Source: Pasteurella multocida (GTDB lineage: Bacteria; Pseudomonadota; Gammaproteobacteria; Enterobacterales; Pasteurellaceae). Taken from it: a stretch of 32,000 bases of DNA. The translations under genes and the position numbers were made by a program. The notes under the pieces were generated by a model. The model was given only the letters and a program-made list of their open reading frames with translations. It ran no database searches and was not told the DNA's origin. The DNA is taken from positions 960,001 through 992,000 of the forward strand of contig NZ_LT906458.1 of NCBI RefSeq assembly GCF_900187275.1. Direction: 5' to 3'. Of the stretch, positions 1 to 10,965 are shown in pieces; position 1 is the first letter of the stretch; each line of letters begins with the position of its first letter.

Positions 1-92
1 AAGAGTCAGGTCCGTTTTTATAGTCTAATTATTCTAAAACATATCTGTTTTATTTGAAAATGGAATTTTCATATCCTAATAAGATTCATGTA

Positions 93-1928
93 TTAATCTC
101 GCAAAGCATCATAAATTCGTTCGGCAAGGGCTTTAGAAATGCCTGGGACAGAGGCGATTTCATCTAGCGTAGCCTTTTTGACCCCCTGCATCCCACCTAA
201 ATATTTCAACAATGTTTGACGGCGTTTTGCACCAACACCTTCTACCGATTCTAAGCCACTCTGTAAAAAGGCTTGTTGGCGTTTTTTACGATGTCCACTA
301 ATCGCATGCTGATGGCTTTCATCACGAATATGTTGAATCAGATGTAAGGCTAAATGATCAGAAGGTAAATGAAGTATTTTTCCCTGTTTGCTTAGAATTA
401 AGGTTTCTAACCCTGCTTTCCGATCAATGCCTTTCGCCACACCAATTAAGTGCGGTTGATTTTTATCCCATTTCACGTTTAGCTTAGCAAACGTCTGTAA
501 CGCGCGATTAAGTTGTCCCTTACCACCATCAATAAAAATCACGTCTGGGATTTTTTCTTGCTCAAGTGGCTTATCATAACGTTTTAGCAAGGCTTGCTCC
601 ATGGCTGCATAATCATCCCCAGCGGTAATTCCGGTAATATTAAATCGACGATAGTCCGACTTTAATGGTCCATCTTGATTAAAAACCACACAAGATGCAA
701 TGGTTTGTTCACCCATTGTATGACTAATATCAAAACATTCCATACGTCGAATTTCACCTAACTGTAAAATGGCTTGCAGCGCTTGATAGCGTTCTTTGAG
801 TAACGTACTTTGTTTAAGCTGAGTGACTAATGCTGATTGAGCATTCATTTTGGCTAGTTGCAAGTATTTACTCTTCTCACCTTTTGTATTGTCTTGAATA
901 TGAACTTTTCGCCCCGCTTGCTGAGTCAGTAATTCTTCTAACTCGGTCTTTTCCGATAACTTATGATCAACAATAATACGGTGTGGAATACTGCGTCCTT
1001 GGTGTGCCTGTAAATAAAATTGCCCCACAAAGGTTGCCGTTAACTCAGACAACGTTGTATTTGCCGGTACTTTAGGGAAATAGCTCCGATTCCCTAACAT
1101 TTTACCTTGTCGGATAAACAAGACCTGAACACAAGCAATACCTAATTGGTAAGCAATCGAGAGAATATCCATATCATCCAGACGTTCAGTGGACACAAAT
1201 TGTTTTTCCATGACGGCACGGACAGCTTGAATTTGATCACGGATGCGAGCAGCCTCTTCAAAATCCAGTGCTCGGCTGGCTTGTTCCATTTTATGTATCA
1301 AATGTTCAAGCACTTGCTGGTCTTTGCCTTGTAAAAAAAGACGAGCTAACTCAACTTGTTGTAAATAAGCCTCATCCGTCACATAACCTGCAACACAAGG
1401 GGCTACACATCGTCCAATCTGATATTGTAAACAAGGGCGAGAACGGTTGTTATAAACGGCATTTTCACACTGGCGGATTGGGAAGAGTTTTTGCAGTAAA
1501 GAAAGGGTTTCTCTGACCGCACTAGCATGCGGATAAGGTCCAAAATATTCGCCTTTAATTTTTTTACTTCCTCGATATGCACTAATACGAGGATGGCGAT
1601 CTGCGGTTAATAAAATATAGGGATAGGATTTATCATCGCGTAATAAAACATTATAACGCGGCTGATAGGTCTTAATGTAGTTATGCTCAAGCAATAAGGC
1701 TTCTGTTTCCGACGATGTAATCGTGGTGTCAATTCGTGCAATCGCACTAACCAGCGCCTCTGTTTTTTTACTGCTAAGATGAGTGCGAAAATAACTTGAG
1801 AGGCGCTTTTTCAGATCCTTCGCTTTTCCCACATAAATGACGGTGTCTTTCTCGTCATACATACGATAAACACCCGCATCGTGGGAAACATTGGCTAAAA
1901 AGGATTTGGCATCAAACATAAACAGCAT
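93..1928 (-). CDS. uvrC: Excinuclease ABC subunit C (UvrC)
   Basis: 611-aa ORF, near colinear with E. coli UvrC (FDAKx[27 protein letters not shown]; [14 protein letters not shown]; C-terminal HhH region). Start may be ATG 1928 or the in-frame ATG at 1919. Confidence 0.98.
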   Translation of the reverse strand: MLFMFDAKSFLANVSHDAGVYRMYDEKDTVIYVGKAKDLKKRLSSYFRTHLSSKKTEALVSAIARIDTTITSSETEALLLEHNYIKTYQPRYNVLLRDDKSYPYILLTADRHPRISAYRGSKKIKGEYFGPYPHASAVRETLSLLQKLFPIRQCENAVYNNRSRPCLQYQIGRCVAPCVAGYVTDEAYLQQVELARLFLQGKDQQVLEHLIHKMEQASRALDFEEAARIRDQIQAVRAVMEKQFVSTERLDDMDILSIAYQLGIACVQVLFIRQGKMLGNRSYFPKVPANTTLSELTATFVGQFYLQAHQGRSIPHRIIVDHKLSEKTELEELLTQQAGRKVHIQDNTKGEKSKYLQLAKMNAQSALVTQLKQSTLLKERYQALQAILQLGEIRRMECFDISHTMGEQTIASCVVFNQDGPLKSDYRRFNITGITAGDDYAAMEQALLKRYDKPLEQEKIPDVIFIDGGKGQLNRALQTFAKLNVKWDKNQPHLIGVAKGIDRKAGLETLILSKQGKILHLPSDHLALHLIQHIRDESHQHAISGHRKKRQQAFLQSGLESVEGVGAKRRQTLLKYLGGMQGVKKATLDEIASVPGISKALAERIYDALRD

Positions 1929-1952
1929 CAGGCGTCGCTAAACGCCTGCCCT

Positions 1953-2729
1953 TTATTTTTCTAAAATTGACCGCACTTTTTCTAAATCTTCAGCGGTATC
2001 CACGCCAACCGGCGGCACTTCTCGCGCTAATTCTACATGGATTTTTTCACCATACCATAACACCCGTAATTGCTCTAAGCTTTCAATCTGCTCTAATGCA
2101 CTCGGTTGCCATTGAATATACTGTTTAATAAAACCTGCACGATAGGCATAAATACCTATATGACGTAAATAGTGATCAGACAAGACCAATTGTCCTCTTG
2201 TGCTTTTTTCTTTTGGTAAAGAGGCAAATTGATCACGATGCCATGGAATCGGTGCACGGGAAAAATACAACACATAGCCGGCATGATCAGTCAATACTTT
2301 GACCGCATTAGGATTGAACAATTCTTCGGGGTCCGTTATGTTGACCGCCAAACTTGCCATTTTTACTTGGTATTTTGCTAAATTCTCAGCAACTTGACGT
2401 ACAATTGCCGGTGGGATCAAGGGTTCGTCTCCTTGAATATTGACAATGATTTCATCTTCCGCAATACCTAACTTCTCAACCACTTCAGCTAATCGCTCAG
2501 TTCCTGACTGATGTGTTTCAGATGTCATGCAAACTTCTGCGCCAAATCCTCGTGCAACTGTCGCAACTTGTTCATGATCTGTCGCAACAATGACGCGTTT
2601 TGCACCTGACTGCATCGCCTTTTCAAAGACATGTGCAATCATCGGTTTTCCCGCAATCTCCGCTAAAGGTTTCCCAGGTAAACGTGTTGACGCATAACGT
2701 GCAGGGATAATGACCGTAAAATTTGTCAT
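1953..2729 (-). CDS. kdsB: 3-deoxy-manno-octulosonate cytidylyltransferase (CMP-KDO synthetase)
   Basis: [38 protein letters not shown], characteristic KdsB N-terminus; adjacent to lpxK/ycaR. Confidence 0.98.
   Translation of the reverse strand: MTNFTVIIPARYASTRLPGKPLAEIAGKPMIAHVFEKAMQSGAKRVIVATDHEQVATVARGFGAEVCMTSETHQSGTERLAEVVEKLGIAEDEIIVNIQGDEPLIPPAIVRQVAENLAKYQVKMASLAVNITDPEELFNPNAVKVLTDHAGYVLYFSRAPIPWHRDQFASLPKEKSTRGQLVLSDHYLRHIGIYAYRAGFIKQYIQWQPSALEQIESLEQLRVLWYGEKIHVELAREVPPVGVDTAEDLEKVRSILEK
1970..1978 (-). repeat. DNA uptake sequence core (kdsB 3' end)
   Basis: accgcactt. Confidence 0.9.
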
Positions 2730-2730
2730 A

Positions 2731-2913
2731 CTACGGCTCCTCTTGTCTTGCGGATAAAGGCATGGCTTGTTCCGCTAACAATACCGGGATACCTTGATTG
2801 ATGTCATAAGCAACTTTATCAAAATGACAGACTAATTTCTGGCTGGTTTGATCAAGCGCTAAACGCCCATGACAAATAGGACAAGCGACAATCTCTAATA
2901 ATGTTGAATCCAT
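2731..2913 (-). CDS. ycaR: Trm112/UPF0434 family small protein (YcaR-like)
   Basis: 60-aa ORF with [29 protein letters not shown]; lies between lpxK and kdsB as in E. coli. Confidence 0.93.
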   Translation of the reverse strand: MDSTLLEIVACPICHGRLALDQTSQKLVCHFDKVAYDINQGIPVLLAEQAMPLSARQEEP

Positions 2914-2924
2914 GTTTCCTCACT

Positions 2925-3902
2925 TCATACTGTTTTGCGAATTTCATCAAATTTTTCCAAAAATGACCGCACTTTTTCACCTTTAATCTCTGCCTCTACG
3001 GGGACATACCACCAATTCTTTTGCGCAAAAGACAGACATTTGACCGCATCTTTTTCCGTCATTAACAAAGGCTGAGTTTGATCAAAATCGACAAATTGTG
3101 CTGCCTCAAACGTTTGATGATCTTGAAACGCTTTGGTTTGAATTAATTGCATTGATAAGTTTTCTAACATCGAGAAAAAACGTTGTGGATGCCCAATACC
3201 CGCAATAGCAGAAACACGATGGAAATCACTCAATAAGCGTGATTCACCTGTCACAAGATTAATGGCATGATGAGGTACAAGTGTCATTTCTACATCACTA
3301 TACTTGCTCGCCTGACCATGACAAATAATCAGATCTACTGTATTTAAACGGCTTGGTAACTCACGTAATGGTCCAGCAGGTAGTAAAAAGCCATTACCGA
3401 ATCCACGTTGTACATCGAGCACCACAATTTCAAAATCACGTTGTAATCTATAATGCTGTAATCCATCATCACTGATGATCAAATCACAATCAGGTCGATG
3501 CTGTAATAACAATTCAATGGCATGTTGACGATTAGCAGAAATACAAACAGGGACTTGTGTACGTTTTGCAATAAGGACTGGTTCATCGCCCCCCTGAATA
3601 GGATCCGTGTCTGGCGTCACAAGTAAAGGATACACAGATGATTGGCTTCCGTAGCCACGAGAAATCACACCAACCTTGAGACCTTTTTGTTGTAACTGTT
3701 TGACCAGCCAAATAACGACAGGGGTTTTACCGTTTCCCCCCACAGAAAGATTTCCTACGACAATCACGGGCACAGGGGCGCGATAAGAGGCGAATATCCC
3801 TTTTCTAAAGAGGAACTGGCGGCAAGTGCTGATGAGCCAAAATAAAAAAGAAAGTGGCAGCATCAACCAAGTGATCCACGTGCGTGAATACCAAAATTGC
3901 AT
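2925..3902 (-). CDS. lpxK: Tetraacyldisaccharide 4'-kinase
   Basis: [23 protein letters not shown] Walker-like motif, [23 protein letters not shown]. Confidence 0.97.
   Translation of the reverse strand: MQFWYSRTWITWLMLPLSFLFWLISTCRQFLFRKGIFASYRAPVPVIVVGNLSVGGNGKTPVVIWLVKQLQQKGLKVGVISRGYGSQSSVYPLLVTPDTDPIQGGDEPVLIAKRTQVPVCISANRQHAIELLLQHRPDCDLIISDDGLQHYRLQRDFEIVVLDVQRGFGNGFLLPAGPLRELPSRLNTVDLIICHGQASKYSDVEMTLVPHHAINLVTGESRLLSDFHRVSAIAGIGHPQRFFSMLENLSMQLIQTKAFQDHQTFEAAQFVDFDQTQPLLMTEKDAVKCLSFAQKNWWYVPVEAEIKGEKVRSFLEKFDEIRKTV
2966..2974 (-). repeat. DNA uptake sequence core (lpxK 3' end)
   Basis: accgcactt. Confidence 0.9.
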
Positions 3903-3933
3903 AGATACCCCTTTCTGTGATAGTTAAAAAGAA

Positions 3934-5682
3934 TTAATGATTAACTTGAATATGATGTAACTGTTTGTATGCACCATTTAATGCAAGCAGTTCGCTATGT
4001 GAACCACGTTCTTTAATTTCACCATGCTCAATTACCAAAATTTCATCAGCATTTTCAATTGTAGATAAGCGATGTGCAATCACAATGACGGTACGTTCTT
4101 TCTGTAATTTCTCCAATGCTAATTGAATTGAGCGTTCAGATTCTGTATCCAATGCGGAAGTTGCCTCATCTAAAATTAACACTGGGGAATTTCGCAATAA
4201 TGCGCGAGCAATCGCCAAACGCTGACGTTGACCTCCAGATAAATTCACCCCATTCTCTCCGATTACCGTATCTAAGCCATGCTCAAGCTTTTCAATGAAC
4301 TCCATAGCATAGGCATCTTTTGCGGCTTTAATAATTTCCTCACGGCTATATTTGTCTTTTGCCGCATAGGCGATGTTATTTGCAATAGTGTCATTAAATA
4401 AATGAACTTGTTGTGAAACAACCGCACAGTTCTTACGTAAACTGGATAAACGATAATCTTGAATATTAATGCCATCTAACGTAATTTCACCTTGATCAAC
4501 ATCGTAAAAACGCGTCACCAAATTCGCGATCGTTGACTTACCAGAACCAGAACGCCCAACAAGTGCTACGGTTTTCCCTTTTTCAACATCAAAAGATAAA
4601 TTACGTAATGCTGGCTCATCTCGACTTGGGTAAGTAAAAGTAACATTTTTAAAGCTCAAATAGCCTTGAACATTTTCCCCTTTATGTGTTCCTAGATCTT
4701 TCTCCGTTTCTAAATCTAATAACGCAAACAAGGTTTGACAAGCAGCCATCCCTTTTTGAAACTGTGCATTCACGTTCGTCAAGGATTTTAGCGGTCTCAT
4801 CATCGCTAGCATCGATGAAAAGACGACAGTAAAGGAACCCGCTGTTAGATTTTGATCCATAATGGTTGGGACTGTCGCTAAATACAACACCGCAGCCAAG
4901 GCAAAAGAAGCAATAATTTGCACAACCGGATTGGAAATCGCATCTGCAACCGCCATTTTCATTCCTTTCCGACGCATATCGTTACTGACATGGTTGAAAC
5001 GCTCTTCTTCCACTATTTGTCCACCAAAAGAGAGTACTACTTTATGTCCTTTTAACATTTGTTCTGCGGTAGAGGTCAATTCTCCCATTGAGTTTTGCAT
5101 ATTTTTACTTAATTCTCGAAAACGCTTTGAAACAAAACGAATTAGTACAGCAATAATCGGACCAATTAAAAACAGAACAATAGATAACTGCCAACTGGTA
5201 TAAAGCATCACTGCTAACAAAGAAATAATATAGGCACCTTCTCTGACAATTGTAATTAACGCCCCCGAAGAGGAATTCGCCACTAACTCAGAATCATAAG
5301 TGATGCGAGACAACAGTCGTCCACTGGAGTTTTGATCAAAAAAAGGTACGGGCATAAACATCAGGTGTTTAAAAATGCGACGACGCATAATCATCACCAC
5401 TTTACCGGAAACCCAAGATAAGCAATAAGATGAAATAAAATTACTGATACCACGCAGGAAGATAACAAGGACCACAACGTATGACATTGTACGTAAAAAA
5501 GAAACATCCGCCTTGCCAAAGCCTTCATCTAAAAGAGGTTTTAATAAAGAAATTAATCCTGCATCGGCTAATGCATTAATCACTAAAGCAATACCCGATA
5601 CTACTAATCCAAGTTTAAAAGGGCTAATAATTGGCCATAACCGTTTAAATGTCTGTACTGTTGAAAGATCTTTATCTTGCAT
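3934..5682 (-). CDS. msbA: Lipid A export ABC transporter ATP-binding/permease MsbA
   Basis: 582-aa TM-NBD half transporter; Walker [10 protein letters not shown], signature LSGGQRQR; next to lpxK. Confidence 0.97.
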   Translation of the reverse strand: MQDKDLSTVQTFKRLWPIISPFKLGLVVSGIALVINALADAGLISLLKPLLDEGFGKADVSFLRTMSYVVVLVIFLRGISNFISSYCLSWVSGKVVMIMRRRIFKHLMFMPVPFFDQNSSGRLLSRITYDSELVANSSSGALITIVREGAYIISLLAVMLYTSWQLSIVLFLIGPIIAVLIRFVSKRFRELSKNMQNSMGELTSTAEQMLKGHKVVLSFGGQIVEEERFNHVSNDMRRKGMKMAVADAISNPVVQIIASFALAAVLYLATVPTIMDQNLTAGSFTVVFSSMLAMMRPLKSLTNVNAQFQKGMAACQTLFALLDLETEKDLGTHKGENVQGYLSFKNVTFTYPSRDEPALRNLSFDVEKGKTVALVGRSGSGKSTIANLVTRFYDVDQGEITLDGINIQDYRLSSLRKNCAVVSQQVHLFNDTIANNIAYAAKDKYSREEIIKAAKDAYAMEFIEKLEHGLDTVIGENGVNLSGGQRQRLAIARALLRNSPVLILDEATSALDTESERSIQLALEKLQKERTVIVIAHRLSTIENADEILVIEHGEIKERGSHSELLALNGAYKQLHHIQVNH

Positions 5683-5734
5683 AAATTTTTTTCGCTTTCA
5701 AATTAAATTGGGCGACATTGTACCTTTATTTTGT

Positions 5735-8221
5735 TTACAAGCCAATTAATCTACGATACCAAGGCGAAAAATCCGTTCTTGCGGTTTGAATTTCGATGTG
5801 TTTAGCATGAAAAAGTAAGCTAATTTGTCCTAACTCACCAGTGTTATATACAGCCGTTTGATAACGTTTAAGTCGTTGTACAACCTGAACATGTGGAAAT
5901 TGCCATGGATTCCAACGACCACTTGAAATCAGTGCGATTTTTGGTCGTGTTTGATAAAGAAGTTCATACCCTGTTGACGTTTTACTGCCATGATGTCCAA
6001 CTTGTAACACATCAAGTTGGCTTAACTGATTCACAAACTGCTTTTCCGCAGCAATATCTGCATCACCAGTTAAGAGGAGATGATGAGAACCATCTGAGAT
6101 CAGTAACACACAAGAGTCCGTATTTTTCGCTCGCTTCACTATTTTAGTCGGTGAAAGGGCCTTGAATGTTAAGTGTTGCCAAGTCCAGGTTTTACCGGCT
6201 TCACAAAAAGTGCGGTCAGTTTTTCCGTAATTTTGAGCAGATGCCGTCATCAGCTTCGCTTGAGGGTAATGTTTTAGAATTGTTTCTGCGCCCCCGACAT
6301 GATCATTATCATCATGGCTTAAAATCACCTGTTCTAACTCAATCCCCTCTCTTTGTAAATAGGGTATAATTTCCAGTTCCGCCATACTTCCTCCCGCCCA
6401 AGACGCCCCCGTATCATACAAAACCCCTTTCCCATTCACGACAATCAAGTTAGCTAACCCTTGTCCAACATCGAGCGTATCTAAACGCCAAAGCGGTTGA
6501 GATATCTCCTTATAAAGTATCTGTAAGAAACAGTAAAGACTGATGCCAACAGCGAGTAAATAAGTTTTCCATTTTAAAGACGGATTTAACAGCCGCATTT
6601 GATTAAGATGAAAAAAACGTGGTACTTTAGCGTAGCACTTCAGTGATTCTTTTTTTAAATCATAGAGATACCAAATCAATATAATAAAAGTTAAAGCTAA
6701 AATCGCGATCAGGCAGAGTATTTCCTGCTGTGAGAATACAACCCAATGAGATTGTAATGGAGTTAAAAGCATCGTGACATATTTCGCAATAGTATTTGCA
6801 ATAGACCAAAAGGAAAATGCCCCTTGAGTGATCACCGCCAATAAAATCAATGGTATTAAAATCACACTATAGATAGGCACCACAAGCACATTCGCCATAA
6901 AGCTCGTTAAAGCTATTCCCTGAAAAAGCAATAATTGAACGGGAGTAAAAAGCCACAATAAACCAAGTTGCAAATGAAGAAGACTAAAGAGCCAACGACA
7001 GTTGCGCCAAGGACTCTCTGTGATCTTTTTTCCTCGCCAATGTAATAAAGACAGCGGAAAAATTTGATACCAAAGCATTAATACACTCACAGCACCAACC
7101 GACAGCCAGAAACTGCTCGATAAAATCATACATGGTTCACCTAGCAATAACAAAGCAACAACTAATAAAAAAAATTGCCAAACAGAATAAGAACGCCGCC
7201 AAAGTTTTACCCACGACACGACAGTTAAAGCAAAAAACGCGCGTGATGTTGGAATACTAAAGCCCGCCAACTCAGCATAAAACCATGCAAAAAGAAGCCC
7301 AACAATGATTGGCAAGGTCGGTGTCACCCACTTTAATGGCAATAGGAACTGAATTAAACGGATAAAGAAATAACCTATTCCCATCGCAAGCCCAATATGT
7401 AAACCCGATATCGCAATCACATGTGCTGTGTTAGTTTTTTGATAAGTTTGCCAAATGTCTGTGGGTAACCATGCCCGTTCACCAAAAGCCAGCGCAAGTA
7501 ACAGACCTTGATATTCCAGCTGCATGGTCTGTTTCACTCCCTCTCGCAACCATTTTTCTCGCCAAGATAACTGTTCACTTATTTTAACCGCACTTTTTAC
7601 CGTTGCATAAGCGGTAATGCCTTTAGCAAAATACCATTGCTGTTTATCAAAACCGCCCATATTGAGCCTTGATGAAATCGGTCTGAGCCGTAGTTCTCCT
7701 TTCCAAATCTCCCCTATCTGTGCCTTTTCTTGCGCGTGCCATTGAAGAATCATTTTTTGTTTTGCTTGTTGCGGAGACAATTGTGCAGAAACCACAAAAG
7801 TTTGATAGTTTTTTTGTTGTAATACTTCAATGATTTTAAATTCTGTCTCTATCTTTCGAGGCAGTTGAGCAACCAAGTCCGCTTGCAATAATGTCTGACG
7901 AGCTTGATCGTGAATATAGCCTAAAATGCCTACTGAACTCATTACAAAGATCAGAGGAGAAATCCAGTGATTTTTGCCACAAAGAACACAAATGATTATG
8001 CTGACTAGCAATAATGCGAAGACTAACAATGTTATGTGCCAATGAAGCAAGAAATGTTCAGGTAGCCAAAGTAACGAACAGGCGCTGAATACGGTCACGA
8101 CAGACATTGACAAAAGAGCGTTTTTCATACTTTCCACGCTGGTTTGTGAAAAAACGAAATCATTATCTACAAGGCGGAAAGCGAGTAAATTTTGACTCTC
8201 ATTTTGTAATCTAGATCTCAA
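5735..8221 (-). CDS. comEC: DNA internalization/competence protein ComEC/Rec2
   Basis: 828-aa ORF with ComEC competence domain (AHVIAISGLHIGLAMG) and C-terminal metallo-beta-lactamase-like domain (LDVGQGLANLIVVNGKGVLYDTG; SHDDNDHVGG). Confidence 0.95.
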   Translation of the reverse strand: MRSRLQNESQNLLAFRLVDNDFVFSQTSVESMKNALLSMSVVTVFSACSLLWLPEHFLLHWHITLLVFALLLVSIIICVLCGKNHWISPLIFVMSSVGILGYIHDQARQTLLQADLVAQLPRKIETEFKIIEVLQQKNYQTFVVSAQLSPQQAKQKMILQWHAQEKAQIGEIWKGELRLRPISSRLNMGGFDKQQWYFAKGITAYATVKSAVKISEQLSWREKWLREGVKQTMQLEYQGLLLALAFGERAWLPTDIWQTYQKTNTAHVIAISGLHIGLAMGIGYFFIRLIQFLLPLKWVTPTLPIIVGLLFAWFYAELAGFSIPTSRAFFALTVVSWVKLWRRSYSVWQFFLLVVALLLLGEPCMILSSSFWLSVGAVSVLMLWYQIFPLSLLHWRGKKITESPWRNCRWLFSLLHLQLGLLWLFTPVQLLLFQGIALTSFMANVLVVPIYSVILIPLILLAVITQGAFSFWSIANTIAKYVTMLLTPLQSHWVVFSQQEILCLIAILALTFIILIWYLYDLKKESLKCYAKVPRFFHLNQMRLLNPSLKWKTYLLAVGISLYCFLQILYKEISQPLWRLDTLDVGQGLANLIVVNGKGVLYDTGASWAGGSMAELEIIPYLQREGIELEQVILSHDDNDHVGGAETILKHYPQAKLMTASAQNYGKTDRTFCEAGKTWTWQHLTFKALSPTKIVKRAKNTDSCVLLISDGSHHLLLTGDADIAAEKQFVNQLSQLDVLQVGHHGSKTSTGYELLYQTRPKIALISSGRWNPWQFPHVQVVQRLKRYQTAVYNTGELGQISLLFHAKHIEIQTARTDFSPWYRRLIGL
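6208..6216 (+). repeat. DNA uptake sequence core (in comEC)
   Basis: aagtgcggt. Confidence 0.9.
7587..7595 (-). repeat. DNA uptake sequence core (in comEC)
   Basis: accgcactt. Confidence 0.9.
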
Positions 8222-8424
8222 AAATCAGATTTATTTCAAGAAAAATTGTAATATCAGGTAAATTCATTTGATAATTGAGTTAAGTTCTGCTATTTATAAC
8301 GCTTTTTAAAATACTAGATACCTGAATAGGTCATTTTAAACTTAACTAAATCAACGCCAATGCGTATGAATATGTAATTTCAACCATTGATACGATGGAT
8401 GAATTTCTAATTAGGAGAAACCCA

Positions 8425-8862
8425 ATGTCTAAATCCTCTTTAAGTATATTAGCCTTAGCTGGTGTTGAACCATATAAAGAAAAGGTAGGCGAAGAATACA
8501 TGAATGAAGCGCAACTGCTTCATTTCAAAAAAATCTTACAAGCATGGCGTGATCAAATTGTAGAGGAAGCAACCCGTACCGTTGCCCATATGCAAGATGA
8601 AGCGTCTAATTTCCCAGACCCTGCGGATCGTGCAACACAAGAAGAAGAGTTTAGTTTAGAGTTGCGTACACGTGATCGTGAGCGTAAACTGCTCAAAAAA
8701 ATTGAGAACACATTGAAAAAATTAGAAACCGGTGATTTTGGTTACTGTGATTCTTGTGGGATTGAAATTGGTATTCGTCGCTTAGAAGCACGCCCAACTG
8801 CTGATCTTTGTATTGATTGTAAAACACTTGCCGAAATTCGTGAAAAACAAATGGTTGGCTAA
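8425..8862 (+). CDS. dksA: RNA polymerase-binding transcription factor DksA
   Basis: [34 protein letters not shown]; Cys4 zinc finger CDSCG..CIDC. Start at 8425 with AGGAGA upstream (8413-8418); the tracked ORF start at 8395 is probably too early. Confidence 0.97.
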   Translation: MSKSSLSILALAGVEPYKEKVGEEYMNEAQLLHFKKILQAWRDQIVEEATRTVAHMQDEASNFPDPADRATQEEEFSLELRTRDRERKLLKKIENTLKKLETGDFGYCDSCGIEIGIRRLEARPTADLCIDCKTLAEIREKQMVG

Positions 8863-8897
8863 CCTATTTTCCCCCGTTATTATCATTAAAACATTTC

Positions 8898-8928
8898 GAA
8901 AGTGCGGTTTGTTTCACCGCACTTTTTT
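8898..8928 (+). terminator. Intrinsic terminator of dksA built from an inverted pair of uptake sequences
   Basis: cgAAAGTGCGGT ttgtttc ACCGCACTTTTTT: near-perfect stem followed by a T run, 36 bp after the dksA stop. Confidence 0.9.
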
Positions 8929-8950
8929 ACGAATATGCTAAACACACTTG

Positions 8951-10456
8951 ATGAGGTCTACTATTTTAAAATACATCAAAAATCTGTTTAATAAAAAAAC
9001 AAAAGCCTATTTAGTCGAAAGAGAAAAAACAGATTCTACCCCGTTATTATCCAAAAACGCGCATTCTGAGCCCATAACCACACGCGAGATTCGGAATGTG
9101 TCAAATAGCAAACAAGCCAAACTTTCGCACCATTACAATAAATCGATTTTTAAAGCATCGCAGTACGGTATTACTCCCCGCATGATCAATCGCAATGCCT
9201 TAGGGATTGTAGAAAAACTGCATCGCCATGGTTTTGAAGCCTATATTGTCGGTGGCTGTTTAAGAGATTTATTACTTGGGAAACACCCAAAAGATTTCGA
9301 TGTGGCGACGAATGCATTACCAGAACAAATTCAAACGATCTTTCAACGTCAATGTCGTTTAGTCGGTCGTCGTTTCCGATTGGCACATATCATGTTTGGT
9401 CGAGATGTCATTGAAGTTGCGACCTTTCGTGCAAGTCATAATGAAAATAATCATGAAAGCCTCGCTAAACAAAGCAAAGAAGGCATGCTGTTACGGGATA
9501 ATGTGTATGGCACATTAGAACAAGATGCGGAACGCCGCGATTTTACCGTTAATGCACTGTACTATAACCCACAAGATAATACCCTGCGTGATTATTTTCA
9601 TGGTATTGAGGATCTCAAAGCTGGCAAATTACGCTTAATTGGCGATCCTGTAAAACGTTATCAAGAAGATCCTGTGCGGATGTTACGCTCAGTGCGTTTT
9701 ATGGCAAAATTGGATATGTTCCTTGAAAAACCAAGCGAACAGCCAATTCGTGAGCTAGCGCCGTTACTTAAAAATATTCCACCAGCAAGGCTATTTGATG
9801 AATGTTTAAAATTACTCCAAGCTGGGTACGGTGTAAAAACCTATAAACTGTTACGTCAATATAGACTATTTGAGCAACTCTTCCCTTCACTGATGCCTTA
9901 TTTCACTGAGAAAGGTGACAGTCTTGCAGAACGGATGATTCTCAAAGCACTGACTTCCACAGATGAACGTGTAGCTGACAAATTACGCATCAATCCTGCA
10001 TTCTTATTTGCTGCTTTCTTCTGGTATCCATTACGTGAAAAAGTGGAGATGCTGAAAAATGAAGGTGGATTAAATAATCATGATGCTTATGCCTTGGCTA
10101 GCTCTGAAATCTTAGATTTGTTCTGTGCCGCCCTTGCCGCGCCTCGTCGTCACACCGCTGTGATCCGAGATATCTGGTTTTTGCAATTGCAATTACTCAA
10201 ACGTTCAGGACAGCAACCTATTCGTACGATGGAACACCCTAAGTTCCGTGCGGCGTTTGATCTATTAGCGATGCGCTCAGAGGTTGAAGGTGGAGAAACC
10301 ATTGAGCTCGCAACCTGGTGGCATGAATATCAATTTAGTAATTCAGAACAACGTGATCACTTGGTCAAAGAGCAACAACGTTTACACCCTAAGCCGAAGA
10401 AAAAATATTATCGTGCGAGAAAGCGTCGTAAACCTAAAGCGATCTCGTCCTCATAG
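8951..10456 (+). CDS. pcnB: Poly(A) polymerase I
   Basis: GFEAYIVGGCLRDLLLGKHPKDFDVATNALPEQI nucleotidyltransferase motif; basic C-terminus; follows dksA and precedes folK. Tracked ORF begins at TTG 8948; ATG at 8951. Confidence 0.95.
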   Translation: MRSTILKYIKNLFNKKTKAYLVEREKTDSTPLLSKNAHSEPITTREIRNVSNSKQAKLSHHYNKSIFKASQYGITPRMINRNALGIVEKLHRHGFEAYIVGGCLRDLLLGKHPKDFDVATNALPEQIQTIFQRQCRLVGRRFRLAHIMFGRDVIEVATFRASHNENNHESLAKQSKEGMLLRDNVYGTLEQDAERRDFTVNALYYNPQDNTLRDYFHGIEDLKAGKLRLIGDPVKRYQEDPVRMLRSVRFMAKLDMFLEKPSEQPIRELAPLLKNIPPARLFDECLKLLQAGYGVKTYKLLRQYRLFEQLFPSLMPYFTEKGDSLAERMILKALTSTDERVADKLRINPAFLFAAFFWYPLREKVEMLKNEGGLNNHDAYALASSEILDLFCAALAAPRRHTAVIRDIWFLQLQLLKRSGQQPIRTMEHPKFRAAFDLLAMRSEVEGGETIELATWWHEYQFSNSEQRDHLVKEQQRLHPKPKKKYYRARKRRKPKAISSS

Positions 10457-10467
10457 GGTAACTTAAT

Positions 10468-10965
10468 ATGAAGTCTGTCTATATTGCATTAGGAAGCAAT
10501 TTACAAACACCAATTGCGCAGTTAGAGGCGGCTCTGGCAGCATTAGCTAACTTACCTACAACTCAGCTAATCCATGTCAGTTCTTTTTACCAAAGTAAGC
10601 CACTTGGTCCACAAGATCAGCCAGATTACGTAAATGCGGTAGCGCATTTACGAACTACGCTACCGCCCTTAACGCTCCTTGATCATTTACAGCAGATTGA
10701 AAATACACAAGGTAGAGTGCGCCTTCGCCGTTGGGGTGAACGCACTTTAGATCTAGATATTTTGCTTTACGATCATGTCGTATGTCAGACTGAACGCTTG
10801 ACCCTTCCCCATTACGATATGACCAATCGTGAATTTGTGATCGTCCCCCTGTTCGAAATTGCCCCTGATTTATGTTTACCGAGTGGACAATCTCTGCTGG
10901 AATTAATGAAAAAATTCGAAGATCACCAAATGCAGAAAATACGTACAGCGTCTAGTCTTGATTAG
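10468..10965 (+). CDS. folK: 2-amino-4-hydroxy-6-hydroxymethyldihydropteridine pyrophosphokinase
   Basis: VYIALGSNL..; [12 protein letters not shown]; [15 protein letters not shown]. Confidence 0.96.
   Translation: MKSVYIALGSNLQTPIAQLEAALAALANLPTTQLIHVSSFYQSKPLGPQDQPDYVNAVAHLRTTLPPLTLLDHLQQIENTQGRVRLRRWGERTLDLDILLYDHVVCQTERLTLPHYDMTNREFVIVPLFEIAPDLCLPSGQSLLELMKKFEDHQMQKIRTASSLD

Noticed and set aside
55-70. Hairpin GAAAAT-gga-ATTTTC downstream of uvrC
   Set aside because: Only 6 bp and entirely A/T plus one G-C pair; too weak to call as a terminator.
1146-1516. Small + strand ORFs (62 aa and 82 aa) antisense to uvrC
   Set aside because: They lie fully inside the strongly supported uvrC reading frame, with no recognisable domains; typical shadow ORFs.
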